64,000 nucleotides of DNA, from positions 18,524 to 82,523 of IMG/VR virus record IMGVR_UViG_3300042868_012479; one strand, written 5' to 3'. Position 1 is the stretch's first letter, and each line of letters begins with the position of its first letter. Below are positions 29,601 to 38,036 of the stretch, in pieces. Made by a program: the position numbers and the translations under genes. The stretch is from a virus. The notes beneath the pieces are model-generated. The model ran no database searches and was not told the DNA's origin. It saw only the letters and a list, made by a program, of their open reading frames with translations.

Positions 29601-32600
29601 ATTTCGAAGAATGGCTTGAATGCTGTGGCAATAAGGAACTGCGACGTGTCGGCGATGGTCGTCATAGCCCCACGGAATGTGCGGGCAAACGCCTTCATTC
29701 CCCCGCCGTAACGCTCCTCAAGTCCCTGCAAGATGGCCTGCACTGCAGCTGGTCCACCAATTTTTCCAACCTTAGACAGCTGCCGAACTGCGTCAACGGC
29801 AGTGCTTGGGTCCAGAAGCTTGTTGTACAGAACCGCATTGGCCTTCTTTAGCGCAGGGTCAGATTCCAGCTGCCGCAAAAGAGCCTTAGAAAGAATCTCA
29901 TAGCCCGCGATTCCTGCGTTAGACAGCTGCATCATGTCGTTTTGGTAGACGCGCCCAGCTGAGTTCATCTGGCCAAGGGCGTACGTTACTCGGCGAAGCT
30001 TGTCATCTTCAGCGCCAAGGGCCGCAACTGCGTCTCCGATATTAACAAGTGCGCCACGGAACTCCAGGGGAGCGTCAGGATTAAACTTGTTTGAGAGCAT
30101 CTCAAGAATTGGCATTTGGCCCTTGGCTTTTGCCGTAGCCGTATCAATTTCAAAGCCGAACGCCTTCATGCGCAAGGCAGCTGTTTGCAGATCACCGAAT
30201 CGGAAGTTTGTTACGTTTGCAAACTTGACAAGGGTCTCGATAGTTTCATTTGTTTTCATCCTTGCCTGGTCCATGGTCATTCCGGAGTTCTTAAACAGTG
30301 TTGTAAACCCTACGGCTGCAGCTTCAAGATCTGCGTTAAACTTGATAATGCCGCCACGGAAATGATCAAATACCTGGATGATGGTCATAGTAATTTGTCG
30401 ACCAAATGCAAGGGCCGTTGCGAACTTCAATGTGTTGATAGTCGAGAACATCATGCCGGTTCCGGTCGCCGTGACAGCTTTTGCAAGCTGGCCGAACTGA
30501 ACGTGCCCGTCTCGAACAATCATGTTTAGCCGGCTGTTTGCGGATGCTGCAGCCTGAGCCTGGAGCTGCTGCTCAACAAACGCCTGCTTTGCGAAATGCT
30601 TCCTTCCATCCTGGGAGAACTGGCCTTCCTGGTAGTTTGCGTACGCGCTCTGATATTGCGGAATGATGCTGCCGACCGTAGCCTGGTATGCAGCATTGAG
30701 ACGATTGCCAAACTGGGTGCGGCGCTGCTGGCTTAGCTGTTCAGGAGTGTATTTCTCGCTAAGGGTTTCCCCGCTTGCCGATGTGACTCGCTCAGATGGG
30801 GCGCCAAGGCCGCCATACCGTGGGATACCGTGTCCGGCGGTAAACTTGATGAACTGCGAAACCTGCGCGCCATTAGTCGCCCACCAGTTACGGAAGTCAT
30901 CAAATGGTCCACCGCCAATGGTGTATCCGCCGCCAGATCCGCCACCAGATCCGCCGCCACCGCTACCTGGCCTCCGGGCATTGCCACCGCCGCCGCTTCC
31001 GCCGCCGCCTGTTGGTACAAGCGCACCGCCACCAACAGAACCACCAGCCCCATCGCCCGGCCCCAGTTGTAGTGGGGCTCCTGAAGCGATTGTGACTGGT
31101 GGCAATTGCGGCGCTCGTGAGGATGGCGGCAATACATTTGAAACGCTTGGTGGCGCATTAGCCTGGGTCTGGCCGCCAGCGACTTGTGCTCGGGCTACCT
31201 CTGAGGATGTTCCGAAAGCGCTTACAGCCTTAGATGCTTTCTCAAAATCGCTTACCAATCCAAGCAGCGAAGCGCGCAAGTCATCACCTGGCTTTCCGCT
31301 AAGCGCCTCCATTACCTTAATCTTTCCCGTGGCCGCACTGGTAATGTCGTGAATTGACTGCAGCATCTCAAGGGGTGCGATTGCGATAAACGTGCGCATT
31401 TGTTCTGCAAGTTGAGGGCTCTGTGCGTTGGCATACGGGAGCATTCGCCCGGTTCCGACCATGCGGCTAAGAGCGTCCTCGAGCAGCCCGATAGTCTGCC
31501 CTCCAAGACCAGGTGCAGTTCGATTAGCGGTAGGAAGGTTGGCGTAACCAGTGTATAGCTTAGATGCGGCCTCAAGCGCATACGTTGCGCGACCAGCCAT
31601 CGGGGCGGTAAGCCCGGCAAATTGTATAACTGCATCTTTGAATAGCGAGAATGCGGCTGGCTGCCCGCCAGTGGCAAAAGCCCTAGCAATTTGAGCGCCA
31701 GTATCCATGATGAATTTTGCAACTTCTTCTGCGCGCGCAAACGCAGCTGGGCCAAGAGCTGCCTGTGCCCCTTCCACATACATTTTTTGCTGAGCGTGCA
31801 TTTTCATGGCGCCAGCATCTTGGGCTTGGGCCATAATGTAGTCTTCTGGAGCCGCTGCGGCCTTGCCGGTTATAAATTTCTTCGAGGCAACAAAAGGCAT
31901 CATCCCTAGAAGTTTTTCAATTGCCATCGGCATTAACATCTTTTCTCGTTCTGCCATCTGAAATTGCAGTTGTATAAATCGAGGGTCGGCTTCTACCCCT
32001 TTTGGAACACCGCTTGCCCCGTAGTATCCAGCCCTATCACCAAACTTAGCTCGCATAGAAGTATGCGAGATCTCGTGAATCAACGTGGTCATTAAAGAGG
32101 TAGCTGTTGCACCCTTTAGGTTGTTCAGTGACAGCGTTGTGAGGCCCTGATCCCCCATCGGACCGCTGCCGGCAGCCACGATTGCTCCCGCTTCTCCGCT
32201 TTGTTGCCTAGCTCCTCGAAGCTCTACGCCAATAAGGCCAGCTTGCCTCCGGCGGAAGCGCATTTTTTCAAATGTTTGCTGAATGTCGCTGATGGTAAAG
32301 CGGCCATTCTTTGCAGGGACGTTTGCTTCTTGGAACGGATTAAATGTCTGAGACGGGCTGTAAAGGTATTCCTCAAGCATTGGCCTCATTGCCGCAAATA
32401 GGGCATCGCCACGTTGCTGCGTCATCCCGGTGACGCCGACGGCGGTGTGCTTGAACTTGTCGGGAACGTTATACGCAAGCGTCTTTGGGTCAAACTTCCC
32501 CTCAAAAGGCAACGAACCAAATGGGCCCAATTCGGCAGGTCCTCCAGGAGCAATCTGTGCAGATGCCGCTCGGCGTGTTTTAGCCGCAAATTCTTCTAGA

Positions 32601-35143
32601 ACTCCGCGAGATCCAAGCAGTTCATAATTTGCCTTAAGGATTTTGCCAATTTTTCGCATTGACTCTCTCATCTCAGCCATAACTTTGTCTATTGGCATCC
32701 CTGTGCGCAAAGAATTCAAGTAGTACTCTGGAAGTCCCGCATCCCCGACGCTGGCCCCAGCCTTAAGGGCGCGCGAAGCATTCGCTAGGGCCCGCACATA
32801 GTCTCGGTATCTTTCCATCCCGGCCATAAGCGCCTTGTTGAACTCCGCCTGGGCCTCTGCGGTAGCCTGGAGGTAGTCGTAGTTTGGGGCTGTTCCAATA
32901 AGCCGTGGGTTGATGCCAAACGTGCGAAGATCTTCCCCTCGCGCGCGCAATAGTGCGTCCTCTTTTGTAAATGGCGAACCGTTAGTTGGGGTTGGTGGTG
33001 GCGGGGCCGCCGGCGGAGCTGCCGGTCGCGCCGCTGGAACTGCAGCTGCCAATTGCGCTGCCTGCTGCTCTGCAATCTTGGTAAGCGTGCTAGAAACTGC
33101 ATCGTTAAGCATCTGGGCCAACTGCGCAGCAGGAACAGCCCTTGCGCCTGGGTTTGTTTTTTTAATTTCTGCAAGGGCAGCTGCAATGTTCTGTTGGTAC
33201 TTTGTAGCGGCATCCATTCCGGCCGCAATCATCTGATTAAAGTTTCCAGAAATCTGCGTTGGGTCTGGGAACATTGTTGGGCGCATCTCATCGCGGACTC
33301 GAGCAGCATACTGAGACACGGCGGTCATGAATGCCCCAAAGTTCTTTTCGCCGCTAACAAGCATTCCTTGGGCCAAGGCAATAGAGCGGTTATCCGGCCT
33401 CAGCTCCTGGAATGCTTGTGATCCAAGCGCTCCCTCAATCTGCTGAAGCGCCATTGCTGGATTTCCGCGCGAAGCCTCCATCCCTCTTGAATCATAGATC
33501 TTGCGCACATCTCCAAGAATGGCCATTGCTTTCCCAAGCGTGCCGTGCAGCGGGTCAAGTTCAGGGCTAATAGCGCCGGACTCAATTCTAGCCCGGACCC
33601 CAAGCTGGGCCCCTACGGAGTCTCGCAAAGCTGCGGACATGCCTGCGCTAAGCGAACCTTTGGCGCCCTTGCTTTCAAACACCGAAGAGATAAGGCGCTG
33701 AGTATCGGCATCTCCACCATAGGCTCGGGCAAAAAGGGTGCGCTCAAGAAGCTTTGCAAATTCTGGAGATTCTGCCCCGGCGGGGGTCATATAAGACTTT
33801 TCAAATCTGTTCTTGCCGATAATGCTTGCCACTTCAGCTTTAAACGCCGCAATGGGGTCACTTTGCCCTGAAATCAGCTTAGCGGCGCTCCCGGTCCCGA
33901 GGTTGGGCGAACGCCCAAGAAGTCGAGCAACTGCGCTAGCCTCTTCCGACGCGGTTAGTCCGGTGCGGTTATTCAGCTGCAGGGCCATTCGGCCTACGCC
34001 AAGATCCCCACCAAGCCCCTCATAGTTACCAGCAATCTGGCGGAGCAGCACAGGCGTCTTGCCGGAGCCAAGCAATGCGGCCATCTGCTTCATTATTTCT
34101 GAGGTGTCGCCGCCAAATAGCTGCGGGTTTGATTTAATAAAGTCTGCTTGCTCCTTAAAGAACCGAGCACGTACCTCTTTAATTTGCGCAACCTGCGCTG
34201 ATGAGGAGCCTGCTGCTGGCATTGTTGCTCCGCGCATAGCCATGACGCGACCGTTTCCAGAGATTACGGCCATCCGGCCGTCAGGCAATGCAACAGTTAC
34301 CGGCGTACCCTCCTCAAGGTGCGGGAAGTCTCGCAGGATTTTAGACGGGTCAAAGTTCTTGATCATGCCCTGGACTTGACGGTCTGACATTGCGCTGGCG
34401 CGATTTCGCGGCTGGAGCGCAGCTGGGTAGCTTGGCTGGTTGGAAGAAAGGATTTCTTCTAGGGTTCCGGCAATATACCGAGCCATAATTTGACCGGAGC
34501 CACTCGGATGCTCAAAGGGGCGCAGGCTTGGCTCAGCCCCAAAGAACCCTTGGTTCTGCTCTCTAACGCGCACACTCTGCGGGTAGGGAGACCCAGATGG
34601 CATGTGGTAGCTACGGCTACCGGCAGTATCGCGCAGCTGTGTGAGGTACGCGCGCTCTTGTCGAAGTCGCTCAGCGCTGTCTCGGGCCATTGCGACTGCG
34701 GACCGTGAGTCCTCTAGGCGTGCTTGCCTGGCTGCCTTGCGGGCTTCTTCTTGCACCTTGAGCTGGGCAACCTGTGCCTGCGTCTCTGCGCGAACGGCAG
34801 ACATACGCTGCTGGCTTGCTGCGGTAAATGCAGCTACGGAACTTGCCTGTAATTCATTTTGCTTTACAAGAGAGGTGTTAATAAGGCGAACTTGTCGATC
34901 CATGGCGCGAAGCGCAGGGATAGTAGTTCGTTGGATATCACGGGCAATCTGAAGCGGGGCCGATTGGCCACCTGGGCCAAGAAGGCTTGAACCAATGCTT
35001 GACCCCGTTGAGCCGAGTTTACGGAGTCCGGAAAGGAGGCTCTCAATGTCGGCAAGGGTTCGCTGGACGCCAGAACGGAAAGCCGTAGAGTCAAGCGATA
35101 GCCCAACCCTTGCGACATTTCCGCCCTGCTGTTCCTCTGCCAC
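23669..35143 (-). CDS. Tape measure protein fused to ddrB-ParB-like and zincin-like domains
   Basis: TMP core (KFANVTNF..GDAVAALG..YALGQMNSAG), VGERGPE twice, position after the chaperones; LQPRNR/SGNGR, HEISH and HEIGH motifs. Confidence 0.9.
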   Translation of the reverse strand: MAEEQQGGNVARVGLSLDSTAFRSGVQRTLADIESLLSGLRKLGSTGSSIGSSLLGPGGQSAPLQIARDIQRTTIPALRAMDRQVRLINTSLVKQNELQASSVAAFTAASQQRMSAVRAETQAQVAQLKVQEEARKAARQARLEDSRSAVAMARDSAERLRQERAYLTQLRDTAGSRSYHMPSGSPYPQSVRVREQNQGFFGAEPSLRPFEHPSGSGQIMARYIAGTLEEILSSNQPSYPAALQPRNRASAMSDRQVQGMIKNFDPSKILRDFPHLEEGTPVTVALPDGRMAVISGNGRVMAMRGATMPAAGSSSAQVAQIKEVRARFFKEQADFIKSNPQLFGGDTSEIMKQMAALLGSGKTPVLLRQIAGNYEGLGGDLGVGRMALQLNNRTGLTASEEASAVARLLGRSPNLGTGSAAKLISGQSDPIAAFKAEVASIIGKNRFEKSYMTPAGAESPEFAKLLERTLFARAYGGDADTQRLISSVFESKGAKGSLSAGMSAALRDSVGAQLGVRARIESGAISPELDPLHGTLGKAMAILGDVRKIYDSRGMEASRGNPAMALQQIEGALGSQAFQELRPDNRSIALAQGMLVSGEKNFGAFMTAVSQYAARVRDEMRPTMFPDPTQISGNFNQMIAAGMDAATKYQQNIAAALAEIKKTNPGARAVPAAQLAQMLNDAVSSTLTKIAEQQAAQLAAAVPAARPAAPPAAPPPPTPTNGSPFTKEDALLRARGEDLRTFGINPRLIGTAPNYDYLQATAEAQAEFNKALMAGMERYRDYVRALANASRALKAGASVGDAGLPEYYLNSLRTGMPIDKVMAEMRESMRKIGKILKANYELLGSRGVLEEFAAKTRRAASAQIAPGGPAELGPFGSLPFEGKFDPKTLAYNVPDKFKHTAVGVTGMTQQRGDALFAAMRPMLEEYLYSPSQTFNPFQEANVPAKNGRFTISDIQQTFEKMRFRRRQAGLIGVELRGARQQSGEAGAIVAAGSGPMGDQGLTTLSLNNLKGATATSLMTTLIHEISHTSMRAKFGDRAGYYGASGVPKGVEADPRFIQLQFQMAEREKMLMPMAIEKLLGMMPFVASKKFITGKAAAAPEDYIMAQAQDAGAMKMHAQQKMYVEGAQAALGPAAFARAEEVAKFIMDTGAQIARAFATGGQPAAFSLFKDAVIQFAGLTAPMAGRATYALEAASKLYTGYANLPTANRTAPGLGGQTIGLLEDALSRMVGTGRMLPYANAQSPQLAEQMRTFIAIAPLEMLQSIHDITSAATGKIKVMEALSGKPGDDLRASLLGLVSDFEKASKAVSAFGTSSEVARAQVAGGQTQANAPPSVSNVLPPSSRAPQLPPVTIASGAPLQLGPGDGAGGSVGGGALVPTGGGGSGGGGNARRPGSGGGGSGGGSGGGYTIGGGPFDDFRNWWATNGAQVSQFIKFTAGHGIPRYGGLGAPSERVTSASGETLSEKYTPEQLSQQRRTQFGNRLNAAYQATVGSIIPQYQSAYANYQEGQFSQDGRKHFAKQAFVEQQLQAQAAASANSRLNMIVRDGHVQFGQLAKAVTATGTGMMFSTINTLKFATALAFGRQITMTIIQVFDHFRGGIIKFNADLEAAAVGFTTLFKNSGMTMDQARMKTNETIETLVKFANVTNFRFGDLQTAALRMKAFGFEIDTATAKAKGQMPILEMLSNKFNPDAPLEFRGALVNIGDAVAALGAEDDKLRRVTYALGQMNSAGRVYQNDMMQLSNAGIAGYEILSKALLRQLESDPALKKANAVLYNKLLDPSTAVDAVRQLSKVGKIGGPAAVQAILQGLEERYGGGMKAFARTFRGAMTTIADTSQFLIATAFKPFFEMVRDQTYQLSLFLQTPAATAQAEQMGEVIKGITDGIASGLPGATKVLETFVDAFANVISGFTQNLSGPGSTVLGFFDSFAKGLGIVGEILSNQVIGKLVATGVAMKVLTGAMASNPLLAAIIGGTALVGFLGNAAEQNLFGMKDTISGFVESVQGALSQTADSIVPTITTAISSSLEVVGAMLLAAVKSILPIIETLIGMFAAFGGTFQSLAPLIGAFFGAWIGKRLLIDGIAASMLKVATAADKVKAAMSNFRFSGAMASMFGATERRFETRYQATRMEGEKLRGPDGRPIYGEDGRPVRGPAVYSMTPIGPGSGFQGGPALAEANFARMQMLAREEAAKTGKPVIVPTAISPEERAGAVSTKDAKDTLAFLRGNSPEKIEFEKKVGAEEAKRLAGELAAVKEGVRGFGQALRSTFSSFANFRTALSSAAKAIASNLGTVGQSLLGVGIGFTALGTMLNNEFLQSLGGVMTNLGLFAMGLQALIALFMFIPGVNLALAAAMAAGTIAVVGLGVAASEADKKLKKLAAETTYGKSVIADEAYAKTFAEKYGQSVSDRIMAANPTTAEDFNNPLVQKGMLDYARQVLIANHGYKPEEVAAMSQDDLLFKYNQSQGGFGGEGFEYLKMRIDKMRTVSPAALAEMRQYDANRTAKELDLVYGPAPARRTAGGQKAIARAEDNEILRLTAMGSSIESVAQTIFGSVTAATKKRVTDAIAGAAGTSEAEATLKLLQGAVDSSGEIAENAAEALSKASEGFQKPLNRLLTRATDVLRAVFEDEKKALETEKNKALDNVAVLYNGESIRLGTLKEQHAALVAQREEVEKLKALEKDRQAAAEAAAAMFDATVDPLQRAVAARDAARTLYDGESQRQADDMQAAITAGEASVPFTDTVDFYEQKLKQLETDQSERQRKLDERIQDLQKKIEEGKITLAGAKAELNDAFSDAGIDVAALKVQGTGVGANFGDGFWSGLTSNIDAAFKALGPYVRAAAAKLKADSDLKAAQALLAAATEPKQTYVPTQRVEDAITGKLASLRVKQQQIQAKLVELETDPAAKKKYGPAVSAAGVLARMEIQRLEAQLKGLVGPEQNSLLLSGLDTNVDAILYQIAALLTNITLPNANKAAGGSIVPGGKYMVGERGPEMLSVGGSGQLDIVPNHMLPTYLKSSAGALMAGKTGRMRGFAAGTPGASRVRMDDSDRVNPWAERDRRWAATWPTYFPEFNIALAPYNRDYFEIPLVSDAIGLAKSWFVNAGHPLKEKIASLRLDDRIKLPQSYLAEYARKTALLPDQKDRSENEQYLEWAKQFQNMDMVADVERSNALHAANLRMGTTSARDRASESAIMDHGLTVIDILRGLVFDTDVVDKAMRFTRSRRASHQNWLAYPPHPKNFDKYWAKDGSYGGHSIGGYSRIWDEVAVNSYTDRLNRMQEIKEMIRSYTNPGTGKGNNKKARPGSGPIMGGFADGTGTDYSWLEDGGTRQPAKMTQQGKLLDFLNLELPLRKTPVASTMYEFPWGKIKVDDGVRLPFSVPEIDELVRNVLKIAPEDFKPNFVIDFLNDEKYTLGWGVAGNAYTRQFGPDQIAMATRPVRKGSEARLQSLDPLFRSEKLNDAKSGMMETLVHEIGHIVDMRNPRNRPGTKGNMLGNMLGSAGKVIRAAGSFNFLKSATSSYNTFPHETYAEAFVRFARQNGVLPNTRLDNLDQEAVNPKKAQKLVDNLAAAEGWRVPGAPASLPKANSKLKSMDLKFGASKKAQGIAGIVADIATMWATGNLNIATLGSSVFMNLLTMLPGIGGSLAKFAGIAATLLGGGSVDRTMVGMLGSGVGEFLGGLLPIPFVGGWVGSLIGGFIGDWIYTNMMQNKFQKQTQGFVMAGGKGIFNVDKKLYQNVTGARALGGSVFPGNAYLVGERGPEIMVPSNLGSIVPNHKLRGPGSMSIGGGSGTISASVVINNPQLNSAADIDRLAEKVAAAQTRSLRAMGYARPR

Positions 35144-35156
35144 GTTTTACCCCCAC

Positions 35157-35447
35157 TCAATTCGCTCCGGGCCGTCCAAATATTTGGATCATTTGCTCGA
35201 GAGACCCGACATTTTTGTTGCCGTCTTTTGCTTCGGCAAACTTCGCACGGTTCTTTGATGGGGATGAGCCTGAAGATTCGCCCTTCATTTCTGCGTCACG
35301 TTGTTCAGCATACTTGGCGAATGCGTTCAGTTGAGGAAGAGTAAGCTCCATGAATTGGGCTGGGGTATACCCGAATGCATCGGCATACGATGCCATGATG
35401 CTTCCCCAGTCAATGTCAGACCAGCTTACGCCTCCGGAGCTTTTCCC
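35157..35447 (-). CDS. Tail assembly chaperone C-terminal extension (gpGT-like, -1 frame)
   Basis: The -1 frame from the slippery site reads GKSSGGVSWSDIDWGSIMASYADAF..., continuous with ORF 35157-35396. Confidence 0.8.
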   Translation of the reverse strand, partial: GKSSGGVSWSDIDWGSIMASYADAFGYTPAQFMELTLPQLNAFAKYAEQRDAEMKGESSGSSPSKNRAKFAEAKDGNKNVGSLEQMIQIFGRPGAN

Positions 35448-35719
35448 TCGCTGATACCTTCCTCATCGTTGCCGATCAGGCCGCTGGAGCGAAGAACCTT
35501 GTCGATTTCGTCGCGCATGGTGTCAAGAGAAAACTTGTCGCCAACCGCGCGCTCATCGTAAGTCTTGTCATCCTTGCGGAGTACAAGCCACAAGATGTAG
35601 CGAAGTACAGTAAACTTGGTAAGGTCGACCTTGTCAAGGCCACCAAACTTCTCCTCGATGTCGGCGAGGTCATTAAGGGTAAGCACGCGCTTAGCACGCA
35701 CCTGGTTAAGGTCTGCCAT
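35426..35719 (-). CDS. Tail assembly chaperone (gpG-like)
   Basis: Between tail tube and TMP; ends with the slippery site; SD AAGGAG. Confidence 0.85.
   Translation of the reverse strand: MADLNQVRAKRVLTLNDLADIEEKFGGLDKVDLTKFTVLRYILWLVLRKDDKTYDERAVGDKFSLDTMRDEIDKVLRSSGLIGNDEEGISEGKAPEA
35441..35447 (-). promoter_or_regulatory. Programmed -1 frameshift slippery site G GGA AAA
   Basis: X XXY YYZ heptamer in the correct frame, three codons before the chaperone stop. Confidence 0.85.
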
Positions 35720-35766
35720 GTGAACTCCTTATTCCCCGCGATGGGGAGTTTGCCAGCTAGCAGCGA

Positions 35767-36630
35767 TTAGGCTGCAATCGACACAATCTGCGCCGTGCTG
35801 GAATCATACTGCAGGTTGAACTCAAGATCAACCTTGATGATGTCCTCTCGTGTGAACGGAATGTTGTGCTGGTAAATGCACGCCTTATAGGCCGTAATGG
35901 CCACCGTCTGCGAGGGGTCGTCCGAGCGGGTGTGCGTGAATTCAGCGCGAACCGGCCGGTTGCGAAGCATTGACAAGTCCAGTGGGTTGACAGCCGCCGT
36001 ACCAAAGTTAAGGCTTTCGCGGAAGTTCAACGTGCCTGGGTAAATAGAGGTGCTTGCGTTGTTTGACGCAGTAACGCTAAACAAACGCTGGAATCGCATC
36101 GGGTCCATCTCAAGGCCGCGAACACGGATGGTTGACTTACCACCAAAGTGGGCTTTGGCAATTGGGAAGTTGTACTGGCCAGAGAACTCACGCTCCTGGA
36201 AGGTAATCTCGAACTCGACGTCGCCGCCGATTTCTCCGATGTCCTGCATACCCTTGTACTGCGCAAGATCAGCGCCTGCCGGGTCGGCAAGGGATGTAAC
36301 GCTAAGAGTTGTAGTACCGGCGCCTACAGATCCCTGAAGCCAGTCGTAGTTATTTACAGTTCCAACATAGACGTCATAGCCCGAAGTTGCGCCCGTGAGG
36401 GCCGTCCAGGAGACATCAAGCTTTCCGGTAGCGCTTAGGACGACGATGTACGTCGCCGAAGGGCTGGCGACGCCAGCGGCGTTCTTTCCGGCGACACGTA
36501 CATAGTACGTGCCGGCCGGAACTGAACCGCTAGCAGTAGAGGGGGTCACAGACACGCCGGACACCTGTGTATACAGGCCGCCGCTGAGCCATGTTCCGAG
36601 CTTAAGACGACCGCTTCCGAGAGTAAACAT
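35767..36630 (-). CDS. Tail tube protein paralog 2 (Ig/FN3-like insertion)
   Basis: GEIGGDVEFEITFQEREF, RSDDPS and PFTREDI shared with the upstream paralog; inserted GTYYVRVAG..LDVSWTAL..YDVYVG domain. Confidence 0.75.
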   Translation of the reverse strand: MFTLGSGRLKLGTWLSGGLYTQVSGVSVTPSTASGSVPAGTYYVRVAGKNAAGVASPSATYIVVLSATGKLDVSWTALTGATSGYDVYVGTVNNYDWLQGSVGAGTTTLSVTSLADPAGADLAQYKGMQDIGEIGGDVEFEITFQEREFSGQYNFPIAKAHFGGKSTIRVRGLEMDPMRFQRLFSVTASNNASTSIYPGTLNFRESLNFGTAAVNPLDLSMLRNRPVRAEFTHTRSDDPSQTVAITAYKACIYQHNIPFTREDIIKVDLEFNLQYDSSTAQIVSIAA

Positions 36631-36653
36631 ATCCGTGACCCCCTAATCTACTA

Positions 36654-37337
36654 TTACGCTTCGATGACGACGACCGATGGGGTCGCTGTCGAAGAGCCAG
36701 ATGTAACCTTGCAATCGCGGTCCACAATGGCCGAGAAGTTAATGTCCTGACGGGCAATATCTTCACGGGTGAACGGCATTGTCAGCTGCATGCTGTATGC
36801 CTTCGGAAGGTGAATGATCACCGACTTCGAAGGGTCATCCGAGCGAATGTGCTCAAACTTTACATACAGAGGGCGTGGCAGACCCATGAGGGCCGTCACG
36901 TTGCTGATGGTATTGTTTGGACGGCCGCCATCTGGGTCAAAGTTGACCGAGTACTGCCCGCCGCTGAAGTTGTCATGTGCATAGCCATACGCCGTATCGC
37001 TAAGGGTAAGGTCCGTGCTGTTCGTGGTCTTCGACTCACCGAGCGAAACGTGGAAGAGGTTCTTCACGTTGTCCCAGTTGATCTCGACGCCACGTGCGCG
37101 GATTTCGGCCTTGCCGCCGAAGAACGCCTTAGCGATTGGGAAGTTTGACTGACCAAAGAACTCACGCTCCTGGAAGTTGATGTCGAACTCGACGTCGCCG
37201 CCGACTTCGCCAACTGTTACCAGCTCGTTAGTATTGCCATAGCCATTCGTGCTACTAAAATACTGTGATGTCTGACCGATGACCGCTCCGGACTTCCAGA
37301 ACGCCACCTTGACCACACCAGATCCAAGTGTAAGCAT
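36654..37337 (-). CDS. Major tail tube protein paralog 1
   Basis: GEVGGDVEFDINFQEREF, RSDDPS, PFTREDI; follows the tail terminator. Confidence 0.78.
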   Translation of the reverse strand: MLTLGSGVVKVAFWKSGAVIGQTSQYFSSTNGYGNTNELVTVGEVGGDVEFDINFQEREFFGQSNFPIAKAFFGGKAEIRARGVEINWDNVKNLFHVSLGESKTTNSTDLTLSDTAYGYAHDNFSGGQYSVNFDPDGGRPNNTISNVTALMGLPRPLYVKFEHIRSDDPSKSVIIHLPKAYSMQLTMPFTREDIARQDINFSAIVDRDCKVTSGSSTATPSVVVIEA

Positions 37338-37347
37338 TTTATTTCTC

Positions 37348-37746
37348 CTATGTTTTGATGACGCTGTATCGGATCACTCGCCGATACTCCAGACTCGGGT
37401 CGTCGTAATAGTCCCGTTCTGCCACTTTATGCGAAAGATGCAGCACTATTCCATTCGGCCCGGAGAGGCGTTTCCTATTAAGCACCACATCTACTCGGTT
37501 GCCAATAGTGTTCATCTCTGCGGCACTGGCTCTGCTGGTTACCAACACATCCACGACCGGGCGGTCAACGTTCAGGGCAACATCGCTGCCCCCTGAGTAG
37601 ATAGCCACACGGATGGAGGGCGGGTTGCTCTTTCCCTGGTGGTATACTGGATACACCTTTTTGTCCGTGCTGGTGCCGCCAAGCAGCGTTTGAAGCTGCG
37701 TGTCGGTGCTTAGCGCGGAGAAAAATGCTTCATATATTCCTACCAT
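37348..37746 (-). CDS. Tail terminator-like protein
   Basis: Size and synteny; LQTLLG..KVYP pattern; likely leaderless start at 37746 (TAAAAT 7 nt upstream). Confidence 0.65.
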   Translation of the reverse strand: MVGIYEAFFSALSTDTQLQTLLGGTSTDKKVYPVYHQGKSNPPSIRVAIYSGGSDVALNVDRPVVDVLVTSRASAAEMNTIGNRVDVVLNRKRLSGPNGIVLHLSHKVAERDYYDDPSLEYRRVIRYSVIKT

Positions 37747-37875
37747 GCTGGCTATTTTAGTGGTTGACATAGACTGGGTCTATGTTCAAAACATCTACAT
37801 TTTCCACACTTACCACACATTCGGTGTTTGATTGTGATATGCTGTCATCGGCCAGTAGGCCAGAAGGAGCAAAAC

Positions 37876-38025
37876 ATGGGTTTCAAAGAAGTGTTCGCAA
37901 AGCTTTTCCGCAAGGGCGGCAAGGCAAAGGTGGCAAAGGCCGCCAAGGCAAAGAAGGGCCCTACGAAGGCCCCAGTCAAGGCCGCAACTCGGGTTGCGAA
38001 GAAGCCTGCTTCTAGCAAGAAGTAG
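37876..38025 (+). CDS. Small Lys/Ala-rich histone H1-like protein
   Basis: MGFKEVFAKLFRKGGKAKVAKAAKAKKGPTKAPVKAATRVAKKPASSKK; SD AAGGAG; TGaTATGCT promoter at 37835-37843. Confidence 0.7.
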   Translation: MGFKEVFAKLFRKGGKAKVAKAAKAKKGPTKAPVKAATRVAKKPASSKK

Positions 38026-38036
38026 TTGGAGGCCTG

